DNA of 64,000 nt, from assembly GCA_963667175.2 (NCBI GenBank), contig CAXXXF010000016.1:416001-480000 (forward strand). The letters are read 5' to 3'. The position numbers and the translations under genes are program-made. Position 1 is the first letter of the stretch; each line of letters begins with the position of its first letter. Source of the DNA: Candidatus Latescibacterota bacterium. Lineage in GTDB: Bacteria; Latescibacterota; UBA2968; GCA-2709665. This document shows positions 19,104-30,314 of the stretch, in pieces. Under the pieces are notes generated by a model. It was not told the DNA's origin and did not search any database. It was given only the letters and a program-made list of their open reading frames with translations.

Positions 19104-20040
19104 CGGACGGCCCCTCCGCGGTGAGGTTTCTGAATACGTCCTCCAGTTGAACCCGGGCCTGGCTCATCTCCAGGATCACCCATCCATGGTCTCTGGCATA
19201 GTGAAAAATGCGCTCCCTGGGATCCGTGTCGCGGTCGTATTCCAGAACGAGCGTTCGAGACCCGTTGCTTTCCGCCGTGCCGGAAAGCACGACGCCCTCC
19301 AGCCGTTCCGGCAGCCGCCGCACGCTATCGTCTTCCGCCTGTCTGACCTCCAGCGTCAACTGCGTCTGTCCCCGGAAGCTGGACATCAACTCCTCCCGCA
19401 GACCGTCCGCGACGATTTCACCATTGTGAATGATGATGATGCGGTCCACCGTCGCTTCGATTTCCTGCAGGATGTGGCTGGACATGATCAGCGTCTTCTC
19501 GCGGCCGAGAGACCGGATCAGTTCCCGGATTTCCACAATCTGGTTGGGATCCAGCCCGGTCACGGGTTCGTCCAGAATCAGGATATCCGGATCGTGCAGC
19601 ATGGCCGTTGCCAAGCCGATCCGCTGTTTATACCCCTTGGAACACTCCTGCACCGCCCGGTGAACCACGCCGGCGAGACCGCACTGCTCAACAACGCGTT
19701 CCAATGCCTGCCGGAACACCCGTCCCTCCATGCGTCGGATCGTCGCAATAAAGGAAAGCAGGTCGTAGACGATCATTTCACCGTAGAGCGGATTCAGTTC
19801 CGGCAGGTACCCCACCCTCCTGCGGATCTCCAGGGAATCGTCCATGATGTTCATATCGTCCACGAATACGTCGCCGCCAGTTGCCGACAGGTAGCCGGTC
19901 ATCACCTTCAGCGTGGTTGACTTGCCGGCCCCGTTCTCGCCCAGAAATCCCAGAATTTCGCCATCGTTAACCTGGAAACTGATATCCCGAACGGCCCGGA
20001 CGTCACCGTAGTTCTTGACCAAGTTTTCCACCCGGATCAT
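19096..20040 (-). CDS. ABC transporter ATP-binding protein (GldA-like)
   Basis: GENGAGKST, CSKGYKQR, LILDEPVTGLD. Confidence 0.95.
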   Translation of the reverse strand: MIRVENLVKNYGDVRAVRDISFQVNDGEILGFLGENGAGKSTTLKVMTGYLSATGGDVFVDDMNIMDDSLEIRRRVGYLPELNPLYGEMIVYDLLSFIATIRRMEGRVFRQALERVVEQCGLAGVVHRAVQECSKGYKQRIGLATAMLHDPDILILDEPVTGLDPNQIVEIRELIRSLGREKTLIMSSHILQEIEATVDRIIIIHNGEIVADGLREELMSSFRGQTQLTLEVRQAEDDSVRRLPERLEGVVLSGTAESNGSRTLVLEYDRDTDPRERIFHYARDHGWVILEMSQARVQLEDVFRNLTAEGPSDA

Positions 20041-20091
20041 GCACGGTCCTCCTTCAACCCATGGTGTGACGCACTAAAATTCAACCGGGAA

Positions 20092-20120
20092 ATTTTAAAG
20101 AAAAAGACAAATCCTGTCAA
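20092..20120 (-). promoter_or_regulatory. Sigma70-type promoter for the ABC operon
   Basis: Minus strand TTGACA-17 bp-TAAAAT. Confidence 0.7.
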
Positions 20121-20248
20121 GCCCCCGGCACGAAAAAAAGAAATCACACGCATCCGCGACCCGCAACGTTCGGATGCCCGGCGCGCGCACGCCGAGACGG
20201 GCTGAGCCGAACGCGCGGAAACGAAATGGCGCATACGCCTGATTTTTC

Positions 20249-20277
20249 TTGACACGCCATTACAAATCCAGTATTAT
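20249..20277 (+). promoter_or_regulatory. Sigma70-type promoter for the ilvN-leu operon
   Basis: TTGACA-17 bp-TATTAT. Confidence 0.75.
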
Positions 20278-20321
20278 TCGGATTTTAAGATCCGGATGGA
20301 TCCCTATCGGAGAGTGCGACG

Positions 20322-20471
20322 ATGAATTCTCACCCTTTGCGTAGCGCACCGGCAACCTCCGGCGCCTTCCCCGTACCGGCTTCGCGCGCGGCTTTCGTCG
20401 CAAGCACGGATTTTCTTTTTCTCCCCGCGTCCTCCAGCCTCTTGTTGTCCGCCATCCTTCCGGACAATTGA
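20322..20471 (+). promoter_or_regulatory. Candidate leader peptide (49 aa) / attenuator of the ilvN-leu operon
   Basis: GGAG RBS; peptide ends ...[20 protein letters not shown]; the Leu codons are complementary to a downstream segment that has an alternative partner. Confidence 0.55.
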
Positions 20472-20598
20472 ACGCACACAAGAGGCTCTCTTCCACGTCG
20501 AATCACCTGAAAACTCAAAATACGCCGATCCCGGAACGAGCCTCTCGGGCGATCGCCAGGCCCTTGCCCTGTCATGTCTTTGCCATGAGGAACGAACA

Positions 20599-21126
20599 AT
20601 GCCGACAAGACATACCATTTCCGCGCTGGTCGAGAACCACTTCGGCGTTCTGTGCCGCATTTCCGGCCTCTTTTCCAGCCGCGGGTTCAACATCGACAGC
20701 CTCTCGGTCGGAGAAACCGAAGATCCCACCATTTCCCGCATGACCATTGTCGTGAGGGGCGACGACCGTGTACTGGAGCAGGTGGTCAAACAACTCAATC
20801 GGCTCGTGGACGTCATCCGGGTCATTGACATCACCCAGGGTGAATTCGTCGAGCGCGAACTGGCGCTCATCAACGTGAAGACACGAGTCGACACGCGATC
20901 CGAAATCATTCAGATCGCGGAAATCTTCAGGGCAGGCGTTGTGGACGTCAGCACCAACTCGATGACCATCGAAGTCACCGGGAAAGAGGACAAAATCGCG
21001 GCAATGATCAACATGCTGCGCGACTACGGGATCAATGAAATCGCCAGGACCGGCACAGTCGCGCTTCTGCGGGACTCCCAGATGAAGAAAGACGCCGAAG
21101 CCGTGAAACAGCAGAGCGTACCGTGA
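20599..21126 (+). CDS. ilvN: Acetolactate synthase small (regulatory) subunit
   Basis: [37 protein letters not shown] domain, EIARTG. Confidence 0.95.
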   Translation: MPTRHTISALVENHFGVLCRISGLFSSRGFNIDSLSVGETEDPTISRMTIVVRGDDRVLEQVVKQLNRLVDVIRVIDITQGEFVERELALINVKTRVDTRSEIIQIAEIFRAGVVDVSTNSMTIEVTGKEDKIAAMINMLRDYGINEIARTGTVALLRDSQMKKDAEAVKQQSVP

Positions 21127-21284
21127 AACGGGCAGAACCCGACAAAGCACACGACGGACCGAATTCACCTCTCATCTCGATTCGGAAACGTGAAGCCCCT
21201 GCCGGGATTTGCGGCTTGCCCGCAATCGGGCGGGTTTCTGAACCGCCGGTTGCCTGATCCGGTCGAAGGAGGCGAAAACACCCC

Positions 21285-22829
21285 ATGGACAGTCGAGACC
21301 GTGTCATCATCTTCGACACCACGTTGCGCGACGCCGAACAAACGCCCGGCGCCAAACTCTCGGTACGGGAGAAGGTGGAAATCGCTCAGCAACTCGGCAG
21401 ACTGAAGGTGGACGTCATCGAAGCCGGCTTTCCGATCTCGTCGGCAGAAGACTTCGAAGCGGTACGGCGAATCGGACAGGAAGTCGAAGGTTCGGCCGTA
21501 TGCGGCCTTTCCAGGGCCGTCATAAAGGATATCGATCGTGCCGGCGAAGCGCTCAGAGACGCCGCCAATCCCAGGATCCACACGTTCATCGGCACCTCGC
21601 CGAACCATATCGCGATGGTCGGCAAATCCACCGACGAGGTTTTCGGCATGGCCGTCGATGCCGTCAAGAGGGCGAGGGCGTACGTCGATGACGTCGAATT
21701 CTCGCCTATGGACGCCGCCCGTACAGAACCCGGGTACCTCTATGCGATCATAGAGGCCACCATTGAAGCCGGCGCATCCACGGTGAACATTCCCGATACC
21801 GTGGGCTATGCCGTCCCCGAACAGTTCGGCGGCCTCATCCGAAATATACGCGAGAATGTCCCCAATATAGACCGGGCCGTCATCAGCGTGCACTGTCACG
21901 ACGACCTCGGGATGGCGGTCATCAACAGTCTCACAGCCATCCTGAACGGCGCGCGGCAGGCGGAATGCACCGTCAACGGCCTGGGCGAGCGCGCGGGCAA
22001 CGCCTCGCTCGAGGAAATCGTGATGGCAATTCGCACACGGGGAGATTATTTCCGGCTGTATACGAATATAGACACAAAGGAAATCTGTCCGACAAGCCGG
22101 CTCGTAAGCCGGTTGATGGGCATCCCCGTTGCGCCCAACAAGGCAATTGTGGGCGCCAACGCCTTCGCGCACAGTTCCGGTATACACCAGGACGGCGTCC
22201 TGAAAAACCGTACAAACTTCGAAATCATCGACCCGAAAGACGTAGGCCTCGAAGCCACGAGCATCGTGCTCACGGCAAGATCGGGACGACACGCCCTCCG
22301 GCACCGCCTCGAAGAACTGGGATACCACCTTGAACAGAACGACCTGAACAAGGCGTACGAGCGATTCCTTATCGTTGCCGACAAGAAAAAGGAAGTGTAC
22401 GACGAAGACCTTATGGCCATTGTCGAGGACGAGATCCGGGATATCCCCGAAAAATACAAGCTTCAGTATATGCACACCACCAGCGGCACCGGCACCATCC
22501 CCTCCGCCACCGTGCGGATTTGCATTGACGGCGAAAGTGAAATCCAGGAGTCCGCCTGGGGCGATGGCCCGGTCGACGCCACCTACAAGGCCATCGCCAA
22601 CGCCACTTCGACGGACGCCCGGGTCGACGAATACCATATCCGTTCCGTCACCCACGGCGCGGAAGCGATGGGTGAAGTGACCGTTAAAGTAACCGGGCAG
22701 GAAGACGGCGCCACGGGCAGGGGCGCATCGACGGACATCATCCAGGCCAGCGCAAAGGCCTACATCGACGCCCTGAATCACCTTGCCTTGCGCGCGGGCG
22801 TAAGGCGGCACCGGACGGAAGCGGTATAG
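21285..22829 (+). CDS. leuA: 2-isopropylmalate synthase
   Basis: FDTTLRDAEQ, SVHCHDDLG, GERAGN, GDGPVDA regulatory domain. Confidence 0.95.
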   Translation: MDSRDRVIIFDTTLRDAEQTPGAKLSVREKVEIAQQLGRLKVDVIEAGFPISSAEDFEAVRRIGQEVEGSAVCGLSRAVIKDIDRAGEALRDAANPRIHTFIGTSPNHIAMVGKSTDEVFGMAVDAVKRARAYVDDVEFSPMDAARTEPGYLYAIIEATIEAGASTVNIPDTVGYAVPEQFGGLIRNIRENVPNIDRAVISVHCHDDLGMAVINSLTAILNGARQAECTVNGLGERAGNASLEEIVMAIRTRGDYFRLYTNIDTKEICPTSRLVSRLMGIPVAPNKAIVGANAFAHSSGIHQDGVLKNRTNFEIIDPKDVGLEATSIVLTARSGRHALRHRLEELGYHLEQNDLNKAYERFLIVADKKKEVYDEDLMAIVEDEIRDIPEKYKLQYMHTTSGTGTIPSATVRICIDGESEIQESAWGDGPVDATYKAIANATSTDARVDEYHIRSVTHGAEAMGEVTVKVTGQEDGATGRGASTDIIQASAKAYIDALNHLALRAGVRRHRTEAV

Positions 22830-22895
22830 TAACGGAAGGACCATTCAGCGCGAATTTCCGGCTGCGAACCGTAATATCCGGAGGTTGCACCACCC

Positions 22896-24299
22896 ATGGG
22901 CAAGAGTCTGTTTTACAAAGTGTGGGACGCCCACGCCGTTCGCGAACTACCATCGGGCCAGACCCAGCTCTTCATTGGTCTGCATCTGATTCACGAAGTA
23001 ACGAGCCCCCAGGCGTTTCAGATGATGCGCGAACGCAGTCTCAAAGTCGCCTATCCGGAGCGCACCTTTGCCACGGTGGACCATATCGTGCCCACCGATA
23101 TCCGTACCCGCCCGCTGATGGATCCCATGGCGGAAGAGATGCTCGGCGCGATCGAGGAAAACTCGCGGGAATTCGATATTCCCCTCTTCAATCTCCACGA
23201 CGACCGTCAGGGCATCGTCCATATCATCGGTCCCGAACTCGGGCTCACGCAACCGGGCATGACCATCGCCTGCGGCGACAGCCACACGTCCACCCACGGG
23301 GCGTTCGGCGCCATCGCCTTCGGTATCGGGACCTCGCAGGTGCGCGACGTCCTCGCCACGCAGTGCCTCGCCATGCACCCGCTCAAGGTCCGCCGCATCG
23401 AAGTGACCGGCAGCCTCACGAACGGCGTGTACGCGAAAGACGTTATCCTCAACGTCATCCGCCGGCTCGGCGTCAAGGGCGGCGTCGGCTACGCTTATGA
23501 ATACGCCGGACCGGTAATCGACGGGTTGAGCATGGAAGAACGCATGTCCATCTGCAACATGTCCATCGAAGGCGGCGCCCGCGCGGGATACATCAATCCG
23601 GACCAGACCACGTTCGACTATCTCGCGGACCGGGCTTACTCGCCCTCCAACGGCGGGTTCGACCGGGCGGTGGACTGGTGGAAGACCATGGCCTCGGACG
23701 CCGACGCCCATTACGACGACGTCTTCGAGCTGGACGGGGCGGCGCTCGAGCCCACCGTGACATGGGGCATCACTCCCGGCCAGGGCGTTTACGTGACCGA
23801 AAGAGTCCCCGCCCTGCGGGATCTTCGTGACGACGAACGGGACGTCGCCGCCGAAGCCTACGAATATATGGATTTCGACGCAGGCAGCCCGATCGCGGGT
23901 ACGCCAATCGACGTTGCGTTCATCGGCTCCTGCACCAACGGCCGGATTTCCGATCTTCGAGAGGCCGCCAGCGTTGTGAAGGGGCACAGCGTGTCGGCCA
24001 ACGTCAAGGCCCTCGTGGTACCCGGCTCGGCGGCCGTGCGCAGGAACGCGGAATCGGAAGGTTTGCATGAGATTTTCCGTGAAGCCGGGTTTGAATGGAG
24101 AGAAGCAGGTTGTTCCATGTGTCTGGCCATGAACCCGGACAAGCTCCAGCACCGCCAGATCTGCGCTTCCTCGAGCAACCGGAATTTCAAGGGCCGCCAG
24201 GGCAGCCCCACGGGCCGCACCCTGCTGATGAGCCCGGCCATGGTCGCCGCCGCGGCCGTTTGCGGCGAAGTGACAGACGTACGTGCCATGCTCACGTGA
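22896..24299 (+). CDS. leuC: 3-isopropylmalate dehydratase large subunit
   Basis: [32 protein letters not shown]. Confidence 0.97.
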   Translation: MGKSLFYKVWDAHAVRELPSGQTQLFIGLHLIHEVTSPQAFQMMRERSLKVAYPERTFATVDHIVPTDIRTRPLMDPMAEEMLGAIEENSREFDIPLFNLHDDRQGIVHIIGPELGLTQPGMTIACGDSHTSTHGAFGAIAFGIGTSQVRDVLATQCLAMHPLKVRRIEVTGSLTNGVYAKDVILNVIRRLGVKGGVGYAYEYAGPVIDGLSMEERMSICNMSIEGGARAGYINPDQTTFDYLADRAYSPSNGGFDRAVDWWKTMASDADAHYDDVFELDGAALEPTVTWGITPGQGVYVTERVPALRDLRDDERDVAAEAYEYMDFDAGSPIAGTPIDVAFIGSCTNGRISDLREAASVVKGHSVSANVKALVVPGSAAVRRNAESEGLHEIFREAGFEWREAGCSMCLAMNPDKLQHRQICASSSNRNFKGRQGSPTGRTLLMSPAMVAAAAVCGEVTDVRAMLT

Positions 24300-24311
24300 A
24301 AGGGCATCCTG

Positions 24312-24908
24312 ATGAACGGCGCATCCTCCACAGTCACCCGCGTGTCCGGTCGAGGCATCCCGGTACGGGGCAACGACGTCGATACCGACCGGATCATTCC
24401 CGCCAGGTACCTGCGCAAGATCACGTTCGAGGGTCTGGGGGAGTTCGCCTTTGAAGACGAACGTAAATCCACGGACCATCCTTTCGACGACGCCCGGTAC
24501 CGGGGTGCGTCCATTCTGGTGGTCAATGCCAACTTCGGATGCGGATCCTCCCGTGAACACGCGCCGCAGGCGATCATGCGCCGGGGTATCAGGGCCATCG
24601 TGGGCGAGTCGTTTGCCGAGATCTTCCAGGGCAACTGCACCGCGATGGGTTTGCCCTGCGTAACGGCGTCCGCTGCGAGCATTCAGACGCTGATGGAGGC
24701 CATCGAATCCGATCCGACACGGGAGATCAGCGTCGACCTGGAAGCAAAAACCCTGGCTTGCGTCGACCTGGGCGTCGAGGTCCGGATCCCGGACGGCGAC
24801 CGAATTCAGCTCCTGGAAGGGACGTGGGACGCCACCGGGATGCTTCTGGCCGGCCGTGAGGCCGTTCGCTGCGTTGCGCGAAATCTCCCCTACATCTCAG
24901 GTTTCTAA
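24312..24908 (+). CDS. leuD: 3-isopropylmalate dehydratase small subunit
   Basis: DVDTDRIIPARYL, NFGCGSSREHA. Confidence 0.96.
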   Translation: MNGASSTVTRVSGRGIPVRGNDVDTDRIIPARYLRKITFEGLGEFAFEDERKSTDHPFDDARYRGASILVVNANFGCGSSREHAPQAIMRRGIRAIVGESFAEIFQGNCTAMGLPCVTASAASIQTLMEAIESDPTREISVDLEAKTLACVDLGVEVRIPDGDRIQLLEGTWDATGMLLAGREAVRCVARNLPYISGF

Positions 24909-24925
24909 CCCTTTGGAGGAACCCA

Positions 24926-25990
24926 TTGTCCTATAAGATCGCAGTCATCCCCGGCGACGGCACCGGCCCGGAGGTTGTCGTCGAAGGCCTGAAATGCGTC
25001 ACAGCCATCGCGCAAAAGTGCGGTTTCGACTTTGAACCGGTTACCTTCGATTTCGGCGGCGATCGGTACCTGAGAACCGGCGAAACCCTGCCGGACTCGG
25101 CGATCGAGGAACTCCGGGGGTTCGACGCCATCTATCTGGGCGCGATCGGCCATCCGGACGTCCGGCCCGGGATCCTTGAGAAGGGCATTCTCCTGAGAAC
25201 CCGCTTTGAACTCGACCAGTACATCAATCTGCGTCCGGTCAAGCTGTATCCCAGCGTGGACTGCCCTCTTAAGGACAAGGGCCCCGAGGACGTCGATTTT
25301 GTCGTCGTGCGCGAAAATACCGAGGGCCTCTATTCCGGCGCGGGCGGATTCCTGAAGAAGGGCACCCCCGACGAGGTCGCCGTCCAGGAGTCCGTCAATA
25401 CCCGCAAGGGCGTCGAGCGCTGCCTGAGGTATGCCTTCGAATACACGCGCAGGCGCAAGCGGGAGAATACCCTTACCCTTTGCGGCAAGACCAACGTGCT
25501 GACCTTTGCCTTCGATCTCTGGGAGCGCGTGTTCAACGAAGTCGGAAGTGCCGAGTACCCCGATGTCAAGCGGGACTATGCTCACGTTGACGCGATTACG
25601 ATGTGGATGGTAAAAAACCCGGAGTGGTTCGACGTCATTGTCACCGACAACATGTTCGGCGACGTCATCACCGACCTGGGGGCGATGATTCAGGGCGGCA
25701 TGGGCGTCGCGGCCGGTGGAAACATCAACCCCAAGGGCGTCTCCATGTTCGAGCCCATCGGTGGCTCGGCGCCCAAATACACCGGTATGGGGGTCATCAA
25801 TCCCGTGGCCGGCATCGCCGCCGCGCAGATGATGCTCGACGTTCTGGGCGAAACCGACGGCGCCGCCATTCTGGAAAGCGCGATCATCCACGTCGTAGGC
25901 GCCAGACTCAAGGGGATGGGCGCCGGAGAGATGGGCTGCAACACCTCCGAAGTCGGCGACCTCATCGCTGACGCAGTCGCACGCGCATAG
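24926..25990 (+). CDS. leuB: 3-isopropylmalate dehydrogenase
   Basis: [38 protein letters not shown]; operon context. Confidence 0.92.
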   Translation: MSYKIAVIPGDGTGPEVVVEGLKCVTAIAQKCGFDFEPVTFDFGGDRYLRTGETLPDSAIEELRGFDAIYLGAIGHPDVRPGILEKGILLRTRFELDQYINLRPVKLYPSVDCPLKDKGPEDVDFVVVRENTEGLYSGAGGFLKKGTPDEVAVQESVNTRKGVERCLRYAFEYTRRRKRENTLTLCGKTNVLTFAFDLWERVFNEVGSAEYPDVKRDYAHVDAITMWMVKNPEWFDVIVTDNMFGDVITDLGAMIQGGMGVAAGGNINPKGVSMFEPIGGSAPKYTGMGVINPVAGIAAAQMMLDVLGETDGAAILESAIIHVVGARLKGMGAGEMGCNTSEVGDLIADAVARA

Positions 25991-26175
25991 CTGGGGAATC
26001 CCGGAGATAGCGCACGTGAGATCACGGGAAGGGAAGTGGAATCAGCCGGGCGGCCGCCGCCGCCCGGACCGCATTGGATCGGCGGACGATTGATTTCGAG
26101 GACGCGACCCCCGGCCGACCGGGCGCGCCTGTTCGAGACCCGCCAATCTCCAATCCAATGCATAGGGAGCTATTC

Positions 26176-27783
26176 ATGTCCAACCACGTACAGATATACG
26201 ATTCCACCCTGAGGGACGGCGCACAGGCCGAAGGCATCGCGTTTTCGCTGGATGACAAGCTGATGATCGCGCAGCGCCTCGACGAACTCGGTGTTCACTA
26301 CATCGAGGGCGGGTGGCCGAATCCCACCAATCCCAAAGACCTTGAATTCTTCGATCGCATCAGCGAACTCCCGCTCGAGAACGCGAAGGTTGCCGCCTTC
26401 GGCAGCACCCGCCGGGCGAACAAGCACCCGGAGGACGACGCCATTCTCAACACCCTGCTCCAGGCGGGCACGAACGTGGTCACCCTCTTCGGCAAGTCCT
26501 GGGAACTGCACGTCACCCACGTCCTCCGCACCACTCGCGACGAAAACCTGAAACTCATCCGGGACTCCGTCGCGTACATCGGATCGAACGGGCGTGAGGT
26601 CGTCTACGACGCGGAACACTTCTTCGACGGGTACAAGGCCGACCCGCACTACGCCGTCGCCACGCTGCTGGCCGCGCAGGACGGCGGCGCCCGCATTCTC
26701 GTCCTTTGCGACACCAACGGCGGCACCCTGCCCACGGAACTGCAGGAAATCATCGAAGACGTAAAGCGAAAGATCAGCCTGCCGTTCGGGATCCACTCCC
26801 ACAACGACGCCGGCGTGGGGGTCGCCAACGCGCTTGTGGCCGTAGAAATGGGCGCGGCACAGGTACAGGGTACATTCAACGGATACGGTGAGCGCTGCGG
26901 CAACGCCAATCTCTGTTCCATCATTCCGAGTCTCGAACTGAAACTCGATAAAACCAGCATCGGCCCCGGAAAACTGGCGAAATTGATGGACTTCTCCCGT
27001 TTCCTGAGCGAAATCGCAAACGTCCATCACGACCACCGGCAGCCCTACGTGGGCGAGAGCGCGTTCGCGCACAAGGGCGGGGTTCACATCGACGCCATGG
27101 TCAAACAGCCGGCCACCTACGAACACTGCGATCCCGAGGAGGTCGGGAACGAGCGGCGCTTTCTCCTGTCCGAGCAGTCCGGAAGCGCCACCATCGCCGC
27201 CAAGTTGAATCACCTCATCCCCGGACTCGACAAAAAACATCCGGCGCTTCAGCGCATTCTTCGACAGATCAAGCAACTCGAAAACGAGGGCTACGTGTTC
27301 GAGGCCGCGGAGGCATCCTTCGAGATTCTGGCGCGCAAGGCGCTGGGCGCCATTTCCGACCCGTTCCGGTTAATCGGATTCCGCACCATCAACCGCAAAT
27401 CCGCGGAAGCGACGGAAGTCGAAGCGATCGTCAAAGTCGAGGTGGAGGGTCGGACCTATCATACGGTTGCCGATGGAGACGGTCCGGTAAACGCGCTGGA
27501 CGCGGCGCTGCGGCAGGGCCTGGAGCAGGAGTACCCCATCCTCAAGGACGTCCACCTGGAAGACTACAAGGTCCGCGTCCTCTCCGCCCACGACGGCACC
27601 GCCGCAAAGGTACGGGTACTCATCGAGTCCTCGGACAGCCGGAGAATCTGGAATACGATCGGCGTGTCCGAAAATATCATAGAAGCCAGCTGGATCGCTC
27701 TGGTCGACAGCCTCACGTACAAGCTGCTGATGGAGGGCGTGCTTGCAAACAGCGAACCGATCCTGCATGAAGCGCTGGCGTGA
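26176..27783 (+). CDS. cimA: Citramalate synthase
   Basis: YDSTLRDGAQAEG, IEGGWP, YDAEHFFDG, HKGGVH; start moved to MSNHVQ after GGAG. Confidence 0.9.
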   Translation: MSNHVQIYDSTLRDGAQAEGIAFSLDDKLMIAQRLDELGVHYIEGGWPNPTNPKDLEFFDRISELPLENAKVAAFGSTRRANKHPEDDAILNTLLQAGTNVVTLFGKSWELHVTHVLRTTRDENLKLIRDSVAYIGSNGREVVYDAEHFFDGYKADPHYAVATLLAAQDGGARILVLCDTNGGTLPTELQEIIEDVKRKISLPFGIHSHNDAGVGVANALVAVEMGAAQVQGTFNGYGERCGNANLCSIIPSLELKLDKTSIGPGKLAKLMDFSRFLSEIANVHHDHRQPYVGESAFAHKGGVHIDAMVKQPATYEHCDPEEVGNERRFLLSEQSGSATIAAKLNHLIPGLDKKHPALQRILRQIKQLENEGYVFEAAEASFEILARKALGAISDPFRLIGFRTINRKSAEATEVEAIVKVEVEGRTYHTVADGDGPVNALDAALRQGLEQEYPILKDVHLEDYKVRVLSAHDGTAAKVRVLIESSDSRRIWNTIGVSENIIEASWIALVDSLTYKLLMEGVLANSEPILHEALA

Positions 27784-27835
27784 GTCCCGCACCCGCCGGG
27801 CCTGACGGACGCGGTTCTTTTTTCCGATTGCGAAA

Positions 27836-29008
27836 ATGAAAATCACCTCCCGTAGAATCGAACGCCTTCCGCCATATGTGTTTGCCGAGGTCAACGCGCA
27901 CAAGATGCGCCTGCGCCGGCAGGGTGTGGATATCATCGACCTCGGGATGGGAAATCCGGACCAGCCCACGCCGGCGCACATTGTGGACAAACTCATCGAA
28001 GTCGCCGGTGATCCGAAAACCCACCGCTATGCCCCGTCACAGGGCATCGCCGCATTGCGCGCGGCCGTCTGCCGGCATTACAGACGGCGTTTCGGCGTCG
28101 AACTGGACCCCGACACGGAGGCCCTCGCGACCATCGGCTCCAAGGAGGGCCTCGCCCACATCTGCCTGGCGCTTCTGGATCCCGGCGATCTCGCGATTGT
28201 ACCCAACCCGGCGTACCCGCTGCATCTCTACGGCGTGGCCATTGCAAACGGCAATGTCCTGAGCCTTCCTCTCCGCCCGGAGAAAGAGTTCATCCCCGAA
28301 ATCCGGATGGTGGCGAGGGAGCTGTGGCCAAAACCGAAAATGATGATTTTCAACTTCCCGAACAACCCCACGACAGCGACGGTTGACGCTGCTTTTTTCG
28401 AAGAGATCGTGGATTTCGCCCGGCGTCAGGAAATCGTCATCATCCACGATATGGCGTATTCCGACATCGTCTTCGACGGCTACCGGGCGCCCAGCCTGCT
28501 CCAGATGAAAGGGGCAAAGGAGGTGGGCGTGGAATTCTACACCATGTCCAAGACGTACAACATGGCCGGCTGGCGGGTCGGTTTCTGTCTGGGCAATCCG
28601 GAAGTCATCGAAGCGCTGAAGACGATAAAACACTACTACGACTATGGTATCTTCACGCCCATCCAGGTCGCCGCAATCGCCGCCCTGGACGGTCCCCAGG
28701 ACTGCGTCGTTCAGGCCGCTGAGATCTACCGATCCAGGCGTGACGTACTGGTCGAGGGACTCAACCGGATCGGCTGGCCCGTTTTCAAACCCAAGGCGTC
28801 GATGTTCATCTGGACGCCGATTCCCGACAAATACCGCTACCTGGGCTCCATGAGGTTTGCCCTCAAGATGATGGAAGAAGCGGAGGTCGCCGTTTCTCCC
28901 GGGATCGGTTTCGGCGACATGGGCGAAGGTTACGTGCGGATTTCTCTCATTGAAAACGAGCACCGGATCCGTCAGGCCATCAGAAATATCAAGCGGGCAT
29001 TCTTCTGA
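27836..29008 (+). CDS. Class I/II PLP aminotransferase (AlaC / LL-DAP aminotransferase-like)
   Basis: LPPYVFAEV, DLGMGNPD, NFPNNPT, SKTYNMAGWRVGF. Confidence 0.88.
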   Translation: MKITSRRIERLPPYVFAEVNAHKMRLRRQGVDIIDLGMGNPDQPTPAHIVDKLIEVAGDPKTHRYAPSQGIAALRAAVCRHYRRRFGVELDPDTEALATIGSKEGLAHICLALLDPGDLAIVPNPAYPLHLYGVAIANGNVLSLPLRPEKEFIPEIRMVARELWPKPKMMIFNFPNNPTTATVDAAFFEEIVDFARRQEIVIIHDMAYSDIVFDGYRAPSLLQMKGAKEVGVEFYTMSKTYNMAGWRVGFCLGNPEVIEALKTIKHYYDYGIFTPIQVAAIAALDGPQDCVVQAAEIYRSRRDVLVEGLNRIGWPVFKPKASMFIWTPIPDKYRYLGSMRFALKMMEEAEVAVSPGIGFGDMGEGYVRISLIENEHRIRQAIRNIKRAFF

Positions 29009-29019
29009 GAGGATCGGCT

Positions 29020-30213
29020 GTGAACGTCACCGAAGGGAGTTGCATCTGCCCCGAAGGGTTCCGCGCCTCGGGTATCGCGTGCGGCCTGAAGCCGGAAGGC
29101 AGGGATATGGCCCTCATCGCGTCAGACAGACCGGCGGCGGCGGCGGGCGTGTTCACGACAAACCGGGTTCAGGCGGCCCCGATCCAGGTCAACCGGGAAC
29201 ACCTGACCGACAAAACGGCGCAGGCCATCGTCGTCAACAGCAAGAACGCCAATGCCTGCACGGGCGAGCGGGGGTTGGCCGATGCCCGGCTGACGGCGCG
29301 CGAGGTGGCGCGTGAGCTCGCCGTCGCGCCCGAAGACGTGCTGGTCAATTCGACGGGGGTGATCGGCGTGCCGCTTCCCATGGAGAACATCCGGGCGGGC
29401 ATCCCTGCGGCCGTCCGCGGCCTTCGCGAGAATGGTTGGGCGGACGCCGCTCTCGCGATCATGACCACCGATACGGCGCCGAAGCAGGCGTCCGCGGAAA
29501 TCCGGCTCGACGGGCGCGCCGTTGCCATCTCCGGAATCGCGAAGGGCGCCGGAATGATCGCGCCCGATATGGCCACAATGCTTGGCTTCGTCGTCACGGA
29601 CGCCGCTGTGCCTCCGGGACGCCTGGAGACGTGTCTCCGCGTGGCTGCAGACCGGTCTTTCAACTGCATAACGGTGGACGGCGACACAAGCACGAACGAC
29701 ACGGTGATCCTGATGGCCAACGGCGCCGCATGCGGACGCCCGATATCCGGCGGCGACGTCGAGACCTTTCAGGCCGGACTGAACGCCGTCTGCGGCAGCC
29801 TGGCCAGGCAGATCGCACGCGACGGCGAGGGCGCCACCAAGCTCATCACCATCCGGGTCGCCGGCGCCCCAACGAGTCAGGATGCCCGAAAAATCGGCCT
29901 GGCCGTCGGCAATTCCAACCTGGTCAAGACCGCCGTCTTCGGCAGAGACCCGAACTGGGGCCGGATCCTGTGCGCGGTCGGGTACGCCGGCGTTCCGGTC
30001 GAACCCGGCAGGATCTCCGTGTCGATGGCCGGCATCCCCATCTACGGCGAAGGAGGCGGGCTTCCTTTCGATGCCGGGGAGGCCATTCGCGCATTGTCGG
30101 CGGCTGACGTGGAAATCGAAATCGACCTCGGCCAGGGTGACGAAACCGCCACCGTCTACACCTGCGACCTTACATACGACTACGTCAGGATCAACGCCGA
30201 ATACACGACCTGA
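29020..30213 (+). CDS. argJ: Bifunctional ornithine acetyltransferase/N-acetylglutamate synthase
   Basis: NANACTG, KGAGMIAPDMATML, DGDTSTND, DGEGATK, INAEYTT. Confidence 0.96.
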   Translation: MNVTEGSCICPEGFRASGIACGLKPEGRDMALIASDRPAAAAGVFTTNRVQAAPIQVNREHLTDKTAQAIVVNSKNANACTGERGLADARLTAREVARELAVAPEDVLVNSTGVIGVPLPMENIRAGIPAAVRGLRENGWADAALAIMTTDTAPKQASAEIRLDGRAVAISGIAKGAGMIAPDMATMLGFVVTDAAVPPGRLETCLRVAADRSFNCITVDGDTSTNDTVILMANGAACGRPISGGDVETFQAGLNAVCGSLARQIARDGEGATKLITIRVAGAPTSQDARKIGLAVGNSNLVKTAVFGRDPNWGRILCAVGYAGVPVEPGRISVSMAGIPIYGEGGGLPFDAGEAIRALSAADVEIEIDLGQGDETATVYTCDLTYDYVRINAEYTT

Positions 30214-30314
30214 CGGGGCGCGGGTCTGGTGATTGAACTGGACCGCGGATCGGCTCCAACGCACGTGGAATGCGGTTCCCTCAATCCCACACGCCCCGTA
30301 GTCGATTCAAACCT

